A DNA stretch of 56,654 nucleotides from Candidatus Sericytochromatia bacterium (lineage in GTDB: Bacteria; Cyanobacteriota; Sericytochromatia; UBA7694): NCBI GenBank assembly GCA_015272195.1, contig JACYMC010000233.1, forward strand, positions 1-56,654. The letters are read 5' to 3'. The notes under the pieces were generated by a model. That model had not been told where the DNA came from and did not search any database. It saw nothing but the letters and a program-made list of their open reading frames with translations. Shown here in pieces: positions 18,763 to 28,115 of the stretch (positions are counted from its first letter, which is position 1; every line of letters starts with the position of its first letter). The translations under genes were made by a program, and so were the position numbers.

Positions 18763-19968
18763 TCAGGGAATCTGCAGCAGCTGCCCTTCATACTGAATGC
18801 GGGCCTGTCTGACCAGCCAGTCAGCAGCTTTGTCCAGCAAAAGTTGATTGAGCAGACGCTGAGCCTGCGCATCCTGCTGTAAAGCACCCCAGACCAAATC
18901 AGCCGAGAGATTCAGGGGCTGACCCAGGGTGTCAAGTGCAGCGGTGATTTCAGCTTCTTCAAGCTGCAGCTGCTGCTGGCGGGCCACAGCCCGCAACACC
19001 AGCTGGGTGGCCAGATCGCGCTCATGGGCCTGGTACAGATGGCGCTGCTGCTGCCAGCTTTTAAAGCCGTTTTCCAGCAGCGCTGTGGCCTGCGGCAGAT
19101 AGGGTTCAAGGGCCTGCAAAGCCGTCTTGTCGGTGGCTTGCCAGCTGGCTTCAAGGGTGTCTTTGATCCATGAAGCCGGCACCTGCAAGCGGGACTGGCT
19201 GACCACTTCTGCCACCACCAGTTCGCGCAGCTGCTGGCGCCAGGCAGCTTGTTTTTCGGCCCGCAGATCGTTGTGCAGCTGGCTCAGCAGGGCTTCAAAA
19301 TCAGCGGTACCGCTCAGCTGGGCCAGCACTTCATTGGCCGGCGGCACGCGAGCGGCCTGCACGGCATGCACAAAAACATGATACTGTGCCGTTTTGCCGC
19401 GCCAGGGCAGATAGGGAAAGTCTTTTGCCAGAGGCTGCGGCACGCTGAGCAACTGACCCGCCTGAGCACCAATCAGAAATCTGGCCAGCGGTGAAGCCCA
19501 GGGGTCCTGACTCAGCACCAGCCAAAAACGGCTGCGCACAGATTGCGGAATCAGCTGGTCGTCGCAGGTCCCGATCCAGCCCACACAGAGGACATTCCCC
19601 CAGTCAGCCGGCTTGCCGGTATCGGTTTGCTCAGCATACTGCAGCTGTAAGGCCTGCAGGCGCTCCAGCAGCTCGGTTTCTGCCGGAAAAGCCATGGCCG
19701 GTGCCGTGAGCGACGCCGCCAGATGCTGCGGCAAGGTCACGGGCGGAAACAGATCCACCACACAAGTGGCCTGCACCTGCTGGGGCGTTTCCCGCACAAT
19801 GTCGAGCCGGGGCTCCCGACTGGGCTCCCAGGCGTTTTCGCGCAGAATCTGAGCGCAAAACTGTTGCAAAGCCGTCTGACGCGCCACAGGATCTGCCGGC
19901 AGTTCAGCAGCACTGAGCTGCAGGCTTAAGCGTACCTGATGCTGTTGTTGCTGAGCGGTGTACTTCAT
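18763..19968 (-). CDS. Divergent trigger-factor-like chaperone (FKBP-like and C-terminal domains; no ribosome-binding motif)
   Basis: VDLFPPVTL, ADWGNVLCVGWIGTCD (FKBP-like), LIGAQAG, GKTAQYHVFV, VPASWI, LVLRAVA..QQL, DKAADWL. GFRxGxxP is absent. ATGA overlap with the upstream gene. Confidence 0.7.
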   Translation of the reverse strand: MKYTAQQQQHQVRLSLQLSAAELPADPVARQTALQQFCAQILRENAWEPSREPRLDIVRETPQQVQATCVVDLFPPVTLPQHLAASLTAPAMAFPAETELLERLQALQLQYAEQTDTGKPADWGNVLCVGWIGTCDDQLIPQSVRSRFWLVLSQDPWASPLARFLIGAQAGQLLSVPQPLAKDFPYLPWRGKTAQYHVFVHAVQAARVPPANEVLAQLSGTADFEALLSQLHNDLRAEKQAAWRQQLRELVVAEVVSQSRLQVPASWIKDTLEASWQATDKTALQALEPYLPQATALLENGFKSWQQQRHLYQAHERDLATQLVLRAVARQQQLQLEEAEITAALDTLGQPLNLSADLVWGALQQDAQAQRLLNQLLLDKAADWLVRQARIQYEGQLLQIP

Positions 19969-21086
19969 GCGGTCCACCAGTTTGAGATGGCGGTATAGGC
20001 TGAGCCGACCGCATCAATCCCAACGTTGATCGCTGCCGCGGCCAGCGGACCCACCACGGGAGCAATCGTTGCCCCTGCCACGGAGCCCAGGGCCGTGATC
20101 GAGCTCTTGGCCAGATCCGTGCCGCTGGCTTTGCCCTGCCACCAGTCATAGCCGGTTTTGGCGGCCAGCCCCGTATCAATCGCCGCGGCGCCATAACTTA
20201 AGAAAGGCACCGCTTTACCGATATAACCGCTGGCACTGCTGCCAGAAGTGGCCCAGGAGAGCAGGCTGCGCTCGGTACTGGCCACAAAGCTGTCATCGGT
20301 GCTGAACTTGGCCAGCGCGCCCATCACTTCCTTGCCGCTGTCGAGGTCACACTTCTCACAGAACGCGGAGACTTTTTCGGTCAGTTCAACAGTGGATTTG
20401 CCGCCAAGGGTCATGTAACTGTTTTTGGTCAGGGCTTCCACTTTACTGCCAAATTCAGGCGTGCCGTAGCTGTTATAAGCGTCGCGCAGGCACTGGGCGG
20501 TTTTGGCTACCTGCATCACCTGCTGCCCGGTTTCCATCATGTCTTTGATACTGCCCATGGTGTCTGTCGAAACGCCGGTCAGATACTCAAAAATCTGGGC
20601 CTCGGCCGTGGGAATTTCGGTTTCACCCATTCCGAACTTTTCGGTCAGAGACTCCATAATTTCTTCAAGTTTTTCGCTGGGTTTAACGCTTTCACCGTTA
20701 GGAAGGGTAATTTCTGCATCTTCAAAGGCCTGGTTCAGATCATGCAGTTTTGCGCCGGTCTGTATGGCGGTTCCCCCGGTACTGACCAGGCCCTGGGTCA
20801 ACGGATGATCCCCCAGGGCCTGCATGCACTGCCGGGCGCTCTGGCTCAGGCTGCTGGCGGGGGTGCTGTCGATCTGGGACTGCACCTGTTGCAGGGTAGC
20901 CTGGCTGCTGAGCTGGGCCTGTTGCTGGGTCTGGGCGCTGCTCTGGCGCACTTGCTGTTGCAGACGTTGTGAGGGGCCGGTAGGGGCCGTCGGGGTTGTT
21001 GGCGCGACAGGTGCCCTCCGTGCAGGTGCGGTTGACGGTGCAAGCGGTGCCGGAGACGGCGTGCGCTGGATACCCGTAGAACCCAT
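19965..21086 (-). CDS. Hypothetical protein: Pro/Thr/Gln-rich N-terminus, helical core, Gly/Ala-rich hydrophobic C-terminal helices
   Basis: GGAGGT RBS before ATG 21086; strong coding bias; no Sec signal; C-terminus ITALGSVAGATIAPVVGPLAAAAINVGIDAVG. Confidence 0.8.
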   Translation of the reverse strand: MGSTGIQRTPSPAPLAPSTAPARRAPVAPTTPTAPTGPSQRLQQQVRQSSAQTQQQAQLSSQATLQQVQSQIDSTPASSLSQSARQCMQALGDHPLTQGLVSTGGTAIQTGAKLHDLNQAFEDAEITLPNGESVKPSEKLEEIMESLTEKFGMGETEIPTAEAQIFEYLTGVSTDTMGSIKDMMETGQQVMQVAKTAQCLRDAYNSYGTPEFGSKVEALTKNSYMTLGGKSTVELTEKVSAFCEKCDLDSGKEVMGALAKFSTDDSFVASTERSLLSWATSGSSASGYIGKAVPFLSYGAAAIDTGLAAKTGYDWWQGKASGTDLAKSSITALGSVAGATIAPVVGPLAAAAINVGIDAVGSAYTAISNWWTA

Positions 21087-21190
21087 AAAAAAGACCTCCA
21101 CATAAAGCAAATCAATAAAAGTACAGGCGCATCAAAAAGGGATCAGGGGCATGAGTTAACGCAATTAACTTACCCACTGATCCCAGATTA

Positions 21191-21218
21191 ACAAAAGCGC
21201 TGAAAAAAGTCCAGCGCT
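21191..21218 (-). terminator. Intrinsic terminator of the MFS gene
   Basis: AGCGCTG/CAGCGCT stem immediately after the stop codon, followed by TTTGTT on the minus strand. Confidence 0.6.
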
Positions 21219-22456
21219 CAGGCGCTTTTTTCAGGTAAAAAGGCCGCAACACCCGGTGAAACCGTGGTCAGACAAAAGGCCGCCAGCACCCACTGCAGTG
21301 AAACCTCTGCTTTATAGGCCAGGGCCACAATCTCAGGGGCCATGTACGAGAGCACGTAGGTCACCGTAAACATCGTGCCCAGAATCATGCCCACCAGGGC
21401 CGGAGTCATGCCCGGCTGGCTCTGCAGCAGGGTAATCATCGGCGAAACGCTCAGAAAAAGACCCACACCAGCCAGAAAGAGCACCACCGGCAGCAGGGCC
21501 TGGGAGGTGACATAGACCGCAGCCAATGACACCACCGGGGTCATGATGGCTGCCAGCACAATAAAGGGTTTGGTTTTGCCAAAGCGCTGCAGCAGCAGGC
21601 CGGTGGCCACCGCGCCGACAATCGCGCCGACGTTCATCCAGCTCATCAGGTTGAGGGTCGCAGCCTTGGGAATACCGGCCACGTCTTCGTAATATACAGG
21701 CAGCCAGTAGCTCATCACCAGATAGAGTGACAGCGGGCCAGCAAAGCCAATCGAGGTCAGCCAGGTCACCGGCAGTTTGAGCGTACCGGCATAGGCTTTG
21801 AGGGTCTCGCTCAGGCGTGGCCCTTTGCTGCCAGGAGCCGGGGCGCCGCTGGGTGAAAGTTCACCCGTCAGCACCAGCAGCACCATAAACACCGCACTGA
21901 TCAGGCTGTAAATCACCAGCACCAGCTGCCAGTTACCGCCAAAGAGATTCATCAGGGGCAGTGTCAGCTTAAGCGCCAGAATCACGCCGACGGTGATGGC
22001 CACCCCGTTGAGCGCGTTGATCAGGGGGCGCTGGCCGGGCTCAAAGACCTGCATGGTCACCGCACCCATCAGGGTTACCCAGATGGCGCCCCCCACACCA
22101 AAAAGAAACTTAAAGGCCACCCAGGCCCAGTAACCGGGCAAAAAGGGAATCACCAGGCCGGTCAGAATCAGCAGGCCGCTGAGACGCATGGTTTTGGTCA
22201 GGCCCCAGCGACCGGCCAGAATGCCGGCCATAATGGGCACAATGCTTTTGGCCATCGAAACAATCGAGACCAGGCGCTGACCGGCGGCATTGTCAATGCC
22301 CAGCATGGTGTTGAGCGCTTCACGCAGGGGCACCACCCCCATCCAGCTCATACCAAAACTGGCGTACATACCAAAGAGCACAAAGGCGATCACCCATTTC
22401 TGGTGACGGGCCAAAAATCCCACAGATCCCTCTGCGGCAGAAGACTGGGATGCCAT
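21218..22456 (-). CDS. MFS transporter
   Basis: About 12 hydrophobic helices; GILAGRWG and GLLLQRFG motif-A-like loops. GAGGT RBS before ATG 22456. Confidence 0.9.
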   Translation of the reverse strand: MASQSSAAEGSVGFLARHQKWVIAFVLFGMYASFGMSWMGVVPLREALNTMLGIDNAAGQRLVSIVSMAKSIVPIMAGILAGRWGLTKTMRLSGLLILTGLVIPFLPGYWAWVAFKFLFGVGGAIWVTLMGAVTMQVFEPGQRPLINALNGVAITVGVILALKLTLPLMNLFGGNWQLVLVIYSLISAVFMVLLVLTGELSPSGAPAPGSKGPRLSETLKAYAGTLKLPVTWLTSIGFAGPLSLYLVMSYWLPVYYEDVAGIPKAATLNLMSWMNVGAIVGAVATGLLLQRFGKTKPFIVLAAIMTPVVSLAAVYVTSQALLPVVLFLAGVGLFLSVSPMITLLQSQPGMTPALVGMILGTMFTVTYVLSYMAPEIVALAYKAEVSLQWVLAAFCLTTVSPGVAAFLPEKSA

Positions 22457-22504
22457 AGACAAAACCTCGTTGAATAAACTTAACTCAAATTTAATAGTAG
22501 GTGG

Positions 22505-22680
22505 CTTACAGGGCACTTACAGCCCTGACTTTGGCTTTTTAGACTAATTTTAAGCAGTCTTTACATTAATTTTTATTAAAAAACCCCACTTCGGGGGCTG
22601 ATGCAAAGCCTTTCACAGTATATAATGAAACATATGCAGCAACCCTGCCAGTCCAATAGGGTTTGTAAGTGCTTTGTAAG
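22505..22680. promoter_or_regulatory. Pair of oppositely oriented TGTAAG-N5-TGTAAG boxes in a divergent promoter
   Basis: 22505-22521 (minus) TGTAAGTGCCCTGTAAG and 22664-22680 (plus) TGTAAGTGCTTTGTAAG, 15/17 identical. Confidence 0.6.
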
Positions 22681-22741
22681 TCAAAAAATTAACAATACCT
22701 TAAAATAGAAGACAAGTAAGCGATCCAGACGAGGTAAGTCC

Positions 22742-24064
22742 ATGCGCTACCGTTCCCTTTCACAGCTTCTGGCCAGTGCCCTGAGTGCGGCCCTTCTGAG
22801 CGCTGGCTGTCAGTCAGCCCCTGCCCTGCAAAATGCCATGGCTTTTGGCCCCCGGCCCATGCTGCAGGCCCAGAACGCGAGCGCACCCGATCTGGCCGCA
22901 GCCGCCGATCTCAGCCCGGCCCGTACCGGCTTTGAGCGCTTTGAGGTGGTTTCCCAGACCCAGGGCCGCGTCTGGCCCCAGATGGAACTGCTGCGCACCC
23001 CCGGACTGCCCACCACCCGCATGCAGCAACGCGGCCGTCAGCAGGACCCGGACGTGTTGACCTGCTTTGGCACCGAGCTGCCGCCCGAAACCGACGTCTG
23101 TCTGCACGATGCCGGTCCGCCGGCCCAGCTCAAATCAGAGATTCCGGTGCTGCTGATTCACGGTGCCAACGTCAACGCCACCACCAACTGGGCCCTGCCG
23201 CCCTATACCTCCCGCAAATCGGGCATGATGCAGCACCTGCGCGCCCAGGGCTACCGCGTCTTTGCCGTGACCTTTGCCAATAAACACGGCGATAACTTTG
23301 TCTGGGTCAACCAGATTCACAACGCGCTGCAGCGCGTGCAGCAGATCACCGGTGCAGCCGAGGTCGACACCGTGGCCCACAGCAAAGGCGGATTTGCCCT
23401 GCGCATGTACACCTCCAACGTGCTCGGACCGGGCATGAGCGGCCCTTACCGCAAACCTGTGCGCAAAGCCCTCTTTATTGGTACACCTCACCGGGGTCTG
23501 GACTATTCCTTCCGCAACTCGGTCATTCACTGGGCCCTGATTCCCACTGACGATGATCCGGTCAAATACGCCCCCGTGGTCTGGACCCGTGCTTTGATTT
23601 ACGGTGCCTGGCTGGACTCTGCCGACGACAGCTTTCTGAGCCCCCACTTTAAAGGCCAGGCTCAGATGCTGGCCCGCTGGGACAAAACCTATCCCATCAA
23701 CCCCACCAACCCGGACTGGTACACCACCTACAACGGCGGGCAGGGCTTTGTGAGCCAGAGTCCCGGCATTGACAAGGTCATGCAGGCTGCCGGCAACATC
23801 GCCGAACGGGTGCGCACCTCGCCGGTGGACCCGGCCATTCAGGTCGGTCTGCTGGCCGGCAACCGCGCCACCATTCCAGGGCTCCTGAATGAAGCCAGCG
23901 GCCCGAGCGATGGCATTGCCTTTGTTAAAAGTGCTGCAGCAGCCGAAGACCTGACCGCAGCCGGTGCACCATTGCTCGATCAGAGCATTCTGCCCCTGCA
24001 CCATATTGCCCTGGTCTCTGAACCGCCCGGTCTGAACTGGGTTGTGCAGCAGCTGCAGAAATAG
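22742..24064 (+). CDS. Lipoprotein alpha/beta hydrolase (lipase/esterase-like)
   Basis: Lipobox LSAGC; PVLLIHG oxyanion region; VAHSKGG nucleophile; IGTPHRG; SDG and HH near the C-terminus. Confidence 0.85.
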   Translation: MRYRSLSQLLASALSAALLSAGCQSAPALQNAMAFGPRPMLQAQNASAPDLAAAADLSPARTGFERFEVVSQTQGRVWPQMELLRTPGLPTTRMQQRGRQQDPDVLTCFGTELPPETDVCLHDAGPPAQLKSEIPVLLIHGANVNATTNWALPPYTSRKSGMMQHLRAQGYRVFAVTFANKHGDNFVWVNQIHNALQRVQQITGAAEVDTVAHSKGGFALRMYTSNVLGPGMSGPYRKPVRKALFIGTPHRGLDYSFRNSVIHWALIPTDDDPVKYAPVVWTRALIYGAWLDSADDSFLSPHFKGQAQMLARWDKTYPINPTNPDWYTTYNGGQGFVSQSPGIDKVMQAAGNIAERVRTSPVDPAIQVGLLAGNRATIPGLLNEASGPSDGIAFVKSAAAAEDLTAAGAPLLDQSILPLHHIALVSEPPGLNWVVQQLQK

Positions 24065-24065
24065 C

Positions 24066-24926
24066 TTAGCGAGGTCCCCAGCGCTGCAGCAGCGCATCGC
24101 GCAGGGCTCGCAGGCTGGGCTGGCGCAAACCGGGCTGCAGTAAACGCTTGCCTAAACCCAGCGCATAGACCACAATAAACACCGGCCAGTGCCAGGCTTT
24201 GCCGTGAGCTTGCAGCAGCAGCCAGCGGTTGCGATTCTGGTAATAGACGCTTAGGGCACTGCGGCTGCCGCCGGTGCTGGCCGAGGCCTGGTGTCTGACG
24301 CGCAGAGCCGGCTGACAGAGCAGCGGCAGACCGGCGGCACGGGCCCGCAGACACAGGTCGAGATCTTCAAGATACAAAAAATAGCGCGCGTCAAAGCCCT
24401 GCAGTTGTTGCAGGGCTGCACGCGGCAGCCAGAGCAGGCAGCCCGAGGCAAAGCGCACGGGGTAGACCGCTGCGGAGCGCGGCTGCAGGTGGTGCCAGGT
24501 GGCCACCCGCCAGAGGGCATAATGCCCGCCCCGGTACCAGGGTCGGCCTTCAGCATCGTCAATCCAGCCCGTGATCAGGGCACGGGGGCCATAATGCTGC
24601 ACGGTTTTGGTCAGGGGCCCCAGCAAATCAGCCTCTGGCCAGGCGTCATTGTTGAGCAGCAGCACCCCGTCAGCCCCGTCAGCCAGGGCAGCCGCAATGC
24701 CCGCATTGCAGCCGCCGCCAAAGCCCAGATTCTGGTTTTGTGGCAGCCAGTGCAGGCGCGAGTCTGCCGCAAATGCTGACTGCAGGTCTTCAAGCGAACC
24801 GTCGGCAGAGGCATTGTCGATCAGATAGATGCTGAAGTGGCTCTGCTGGGTCTGCAGCAGCTGCTGCAGACAGCGGTGCGTCAGGGCCAGCTGGCGGTAA
24901 TGAACGATCACAAAGGCAATATGCAT
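24066..24926 (-). CDS. Family 2 glycosyltransferase (rhamnosyltransferase-like)
   Basis: IDNASADGS, NLGFGGGCN, LLNNDA, GFDARYFLYLEDLDLCLR. Confidence 0.92.
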   Translation of the reverse strand: MHIAFVIVHYRQLALTHRCLQQLLQTQQSHFSIYLIDNASADGSLEDLQSAFAADSRLHWLPQNQNLGFGGGCNAGIAAALADGADGVLLLNNDAWPEADLLGPLTKTVQHYGPRALITGWIDDAEGRPWYRGGHYALWRVATWHHLQPRSAAVYPVRFASGCLLWLPRAALQQLQGFDARYFLYLEDLDLCLRARAAGLPLLCQPALRVRHQASASTGGSRSALSVYYQNRNRWLLLQAHGKAWHWPVFIVVYALGLGKRLLQPGLRQPSLRALRDALLQRWGPR

Positions 24927-24969
24927 GAAGCTTTTACATTCCGGGCAGCGGATTCAGGTATAATACAGC

Positions 24970-26133
24970 ATGCGCATTATTCTTTACACCGGCAAAGGTG
25001 GCGTGGGCAAAACCACCCTCTCTGCCGCCACGGCCTTCAAAGCAGCTCGCAAAGGCCTTCGCACCCTGGTGATCAGCACCGATCCGGCCCACTCCCTCTC
25101 TGATGCCTTTGATCTGCCCCTCGGCCCGGAGCCCACGCCCGTGAGCGAAAATCTCTGGGGCCAGGAAGTCAATGTGCTCAAAGACATCCGCCAGTACTGG
25201 GGTGAGCTGCAGACCTCACTGAGTGCCCTGCTGGTCACGCGGGGCTTTGATCATGTGGTGGCTGACGAACTGGCCGTGATGCCCGGCATGGAAGAAGTGG
25301 CCGCCTTGCTGCATGTCGATCAGAAAGCGGAGTCCGGCGATTACGACCTGATCATTCTGGACTGTGCCCCCACCGGCGAAACCGTGCGCCTGATCAGCAT
25401 GCCCGATGTGATCGACTGGTATCTGGCCCATCTGTTTCAGGTCTCCATTCAGGGGGCCGGCGTGCTGCAGCCGGTGATCAAAACCGCTTTGAGCCTGCCG
25501 GTCCAGCTGGTGTCCAAATCCCTGGAAACCCTTTTTGCCGGCGTGGCGCGGGTGCAAAAACGCCTGCTGGACCCAGCCCAGACCAGCATCCGGGTGGTCA
25601 TGACCCCCGAAAAAATGGTCTACAAAGAGGCCCTGCGTTCGCTGACGTATTTTTCGCTGTTTGGTTATAACGTCGATGCCGTCCTCGTTAACCGCGTGGT
25701 GCAGGAGGCAGATGTCGCAGAAACGTCAGGCTTTCTGGCCAGTCTGAAACAGTTACAGCAGCCCTATCTGCAACAGATTGCCCAGTCTTTTGCCCCCCTG
25801 CCAATTTTAAATCTGCCCCTGCGCGCAGGTGAGGTGGTCGGGCTGGAGAGTCTGCGTGAGGTCGGCGAACAGGCTTTTGCCCAGCACGTGCCTGAGGCCG
25901 TGCTCTTCAGCGGTAACCTGCAGCATATCGAAAAAACCGCGACAGGCTACTGTCTGCGGCGCCGCTTTCCGGCCTTTGAGATCGAAAAATTTGATCTGCG
26001 CAAAAAAGGCGATGAGCTGATCCTGACTATTGGCAATGTGCGCCACAGCCTGATGCTGCCCCATACCCTGGCCCAGCTGGAGCCTGCCGGGGCCCGCTTC
26101 AGCAAGGGCGAACTGCAGATCGACTTTGTCTGA
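24970..26133 (+). CDS. Get3/ArsA-family ATPase with C-terminal alpha-crystallin-like domain
   Basis: GKGGVGKTT, STDPAHSL, PGMEE, DCAPTGET; C-terminal DLRKKGDELILTIGNVRHSLMLP...ARFSKGELQIDF. Confidence 0.88.
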   Translation: MRIILYTGKGGVGKTTLSAATAFKAARKGLRTLVISTDPAHSLSDAFDLPLGPEPTPVSENLWGQEVNVLKDIRQYWGELQTSLSALLVTRGFDHVVADELAVMPGMEEVAALLHVDQKAESGDYDLIILDCAPTGETVRLISMPDVIDWYLAHLFQVSIQGAGVLQPVIKTALSLPVQLVSKSLETLFAGVARVQKRLLDPAQTSIRVVMTPEKMVYKEALRSLTYFSLFGYNVDAVLVNRVVQEADVAETSGFLASLKQLQQPYLQQIAQSFAPLPILNLPLRAGEVVGLESLREVGEQAFAQHVPEAVLFSGNLQHIEKTATGYCLRRRFPAFEIEKFDLRKKGDELILTIGNVRHSLMLPHTLAQLEPAGARFSKGELQIDFV

Positions 26134-26149
26134 GAGCGCCGGCACCGAC

Positions 26150-27973
26150 TCAGTCGAGGCTGAAATCCATCTCTGAGGCCTCACTCTGACCCCCGGCGTC
26201 TTTAAACAGACGACTTAGCATTTCAAAGTCGATTTTGTCCATGTTGACATCCAGCACAAAAATACCTTCGGCACTGCGCCCTTTGTATTTGCCCCCGGCC
26301 ATAATGGCATGAAACGCCGAGAGGGAGGGTTTCAGCAGCTCCACCTCTTCGTCTTCCCCGGCAATAAAACTGGCCATTCGGGCCAGCTGGTGCAGATCCA
26401 TAAACATCAGACCGGTGCGTTTTTCGATCCCATGCACCGCGCGCAGGCGGTCAAAATAAGCGTTGCCGGCCAGATTCTGGGAGCGGCCCTTGAGCAGATC
26501 AATGGTCTTTTTGAGCGCTTCGGGGCTGCTGGCAAAAAGCCAGAGTTTGTCAACATGGGCAAAAGCGGGCTCAATAAAGAGCGACTGCTTGAGGCCATTT
26601 AAAGTCGGGCCGTCCTGCGCAATGTACAGCGCATGCCCCTGATAGGTCTGGCTGGGTTTGGCGCTGAAGAGAATCTGTTCTTTGGCCGCTTTGGCGCTGC
26701 GCTGATCGGCGGCAAAGGCCCCCAGATCAATCCGCAGCTTGCTGAGCAGGTTTTTCTGAAAGGCGGCATTGTCTTTGACCCCCAGCATCAGCACGGTCTG
26801 GGGCAGGCGATCAAAGTAGACCGTGTCTTCGGGGTAAAACGAAAACATCCCGCCCCGGCCATCGCTGTAGGCCAGCACATCTTTTTCAAAATCGAGATTG
26901 GTAAAGCGCTTAAAAAAGCCGCCGGCCTGTTTGAGGGCCTTCTGTTCCTGGGGACCGCTGAAAAGTTTTATACCCTGACTGAGCAGATTCACGCCGTCCA
27001 TACTGGCAAAGATCAGGGGCCGGCGGGGGCTGGCCTCCAGGGTTTGCTGCAGGCGGTGGGTGCTGCTGTTCCAGATTTTTAAGGTGTTCTGAACATAGTG
27101 CAGCTGCTCAGCTGGCAAGCCCCGATCTTTTAAGCGCAAAAAAGATTTAACCACCAGGCCGTTGCGGCTGAGGTCCAGCCCCAGCCCCAGGCTGTCATAA
27201 ATGGCCAGCGTGCGGCGCATATCGGCTTCAGCCTGGCGTAAATCCTGAGCCGAAGCCGCTTCCAGCGGTGCCTTGCCCAGGGCTTCACTGAGCTTTTCGG
27301 GCTGGGCATAAAGCCAGAATTTTTGCTGATGCAGGGCCGCATGGGCTTCATCAAAACCGGATTGTTTGAGAATATTCGGACTGACCTGGGCCTGTGTATC
27401 AAGGGCCTTTTTGATCAGGGGCTGACTGCCAAAAAGCAGGGTCCGCCCTGAAAGGGCCATATAAGGAATGCCCTGTTCACGGCGACCGGCAAAACCATAC
27501 AGGGTCACCCCACGATAGCTGCTCTGGAGCAGCTTTTTGCTGTTGCTCTCGGTGGCCGTTTGCTGCAGGCGGGCCACCAGTTTGGCATAGCCCTCGGTTT
27601 CAGCCAGGTCCAGCGCAATCAGGACCGGCAGCAGCTCAGCCGGATCACTGTCGTAGAGGGCCACGGTCATATGGCTGCCGAGCATGGGCAAAAGCTCGCG
27701 CTGTAAATCAATGCCCAGTTCCCGCGCAATATCCGGTGCAATTTCGGCCTGAAAATTCGCCAGCATGGTTTTAAAGGGTTCCCGCTCCACAAAGTACTGC
27801 CAGTCTTTGTAATCGGTGCTCAGGCTAAAAAAACTGTTGGCCTGGGCCGGGGTATGCTGCAGATTGTCCCGCAAAGCGGCCTGGGCTGACAAAACGGGCA
27901 GGGCCAGCAGACTCAGACTGGTCAGGGCGCTAAGGGCCAAACGGCGTGGCGTCAACAGAGCAGCTACAGACAT
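26150..27973 (-). CDS. Exported DUF3352-like protein
   Basis: Signal peptide; internal two-fold repeat (LGIDLQRELLPMLG / LDFEKDVLAYSDG; SYRGVTLY / TYQGHALY). Confidence 0.6.
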   Translation of the reverse strand: MSVAALLTPRRLALSALTSLSLLALPVLSAQAALRDNLQHTPAQANSFFSLSTDYKDWQYFVEREPFKTMLANFQAEIAPDIARELGIDLQRELLPMLGSHMTVALYDSDPAELLPVLIALDLAETEGYAKLVARLQQTATESNSKKLLQSSYRGVTLYGFAGRREQGIPYMALSGRTLLFGSQPLIKKALDTQAQVSPNILKQSGFDEAHAALHQQKFWLYAQPEKLSEALGKAPLEAASAQDLRQAEADMRRTLAIYDSLGLGLDLSRNGLVVKSFLRLKDRGLPAEQLHYVQNTLKIWNSSTHRLQQTLEASPRRPLIFASMDGVNLLSQGIKLFSGPQEQKALKQAGGFFKRFTNLDFEKDVLAYSDGRGGMFSFYPEDTVYFDRLPQTVLMLGVKDNAAFQKNLLSKLRIDLGAFAADQRSAKAAKEQILFSAKPSQTYQGHALYIAQDGPTLNGLKQSLFIEPAFAHVDKLWLFASSPEALKKTIDLLKGRSQNLAGNAYFDRLRAVHGIEKRTGLMFMDLHQLARMASFIAGEDEEVELLKPSLSAFHAIMAGGKYKGRSAEGIFVLDVNMDKIDFEMLSRLFKDAGGQSEASEMDFSLD

Positions 27974-28115
27974 CAGACAAAAACCTCGCAGGGGCAGGAT
28001 GCCTAACAGTATAGCGAAAAGCGGACCCTTTGTCAGAAAAGATTGCATTTTACCTTGCTGCCTGCGTATGCTTAAAGCAGATCAAGCTGCTATCAGGAGA
28101 CCTTTACAGGCTGTT

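Noticed and set aside
23135-24097. 320-aa minus-strand ORF
   Set aside because: Shadow of the lipase gene.
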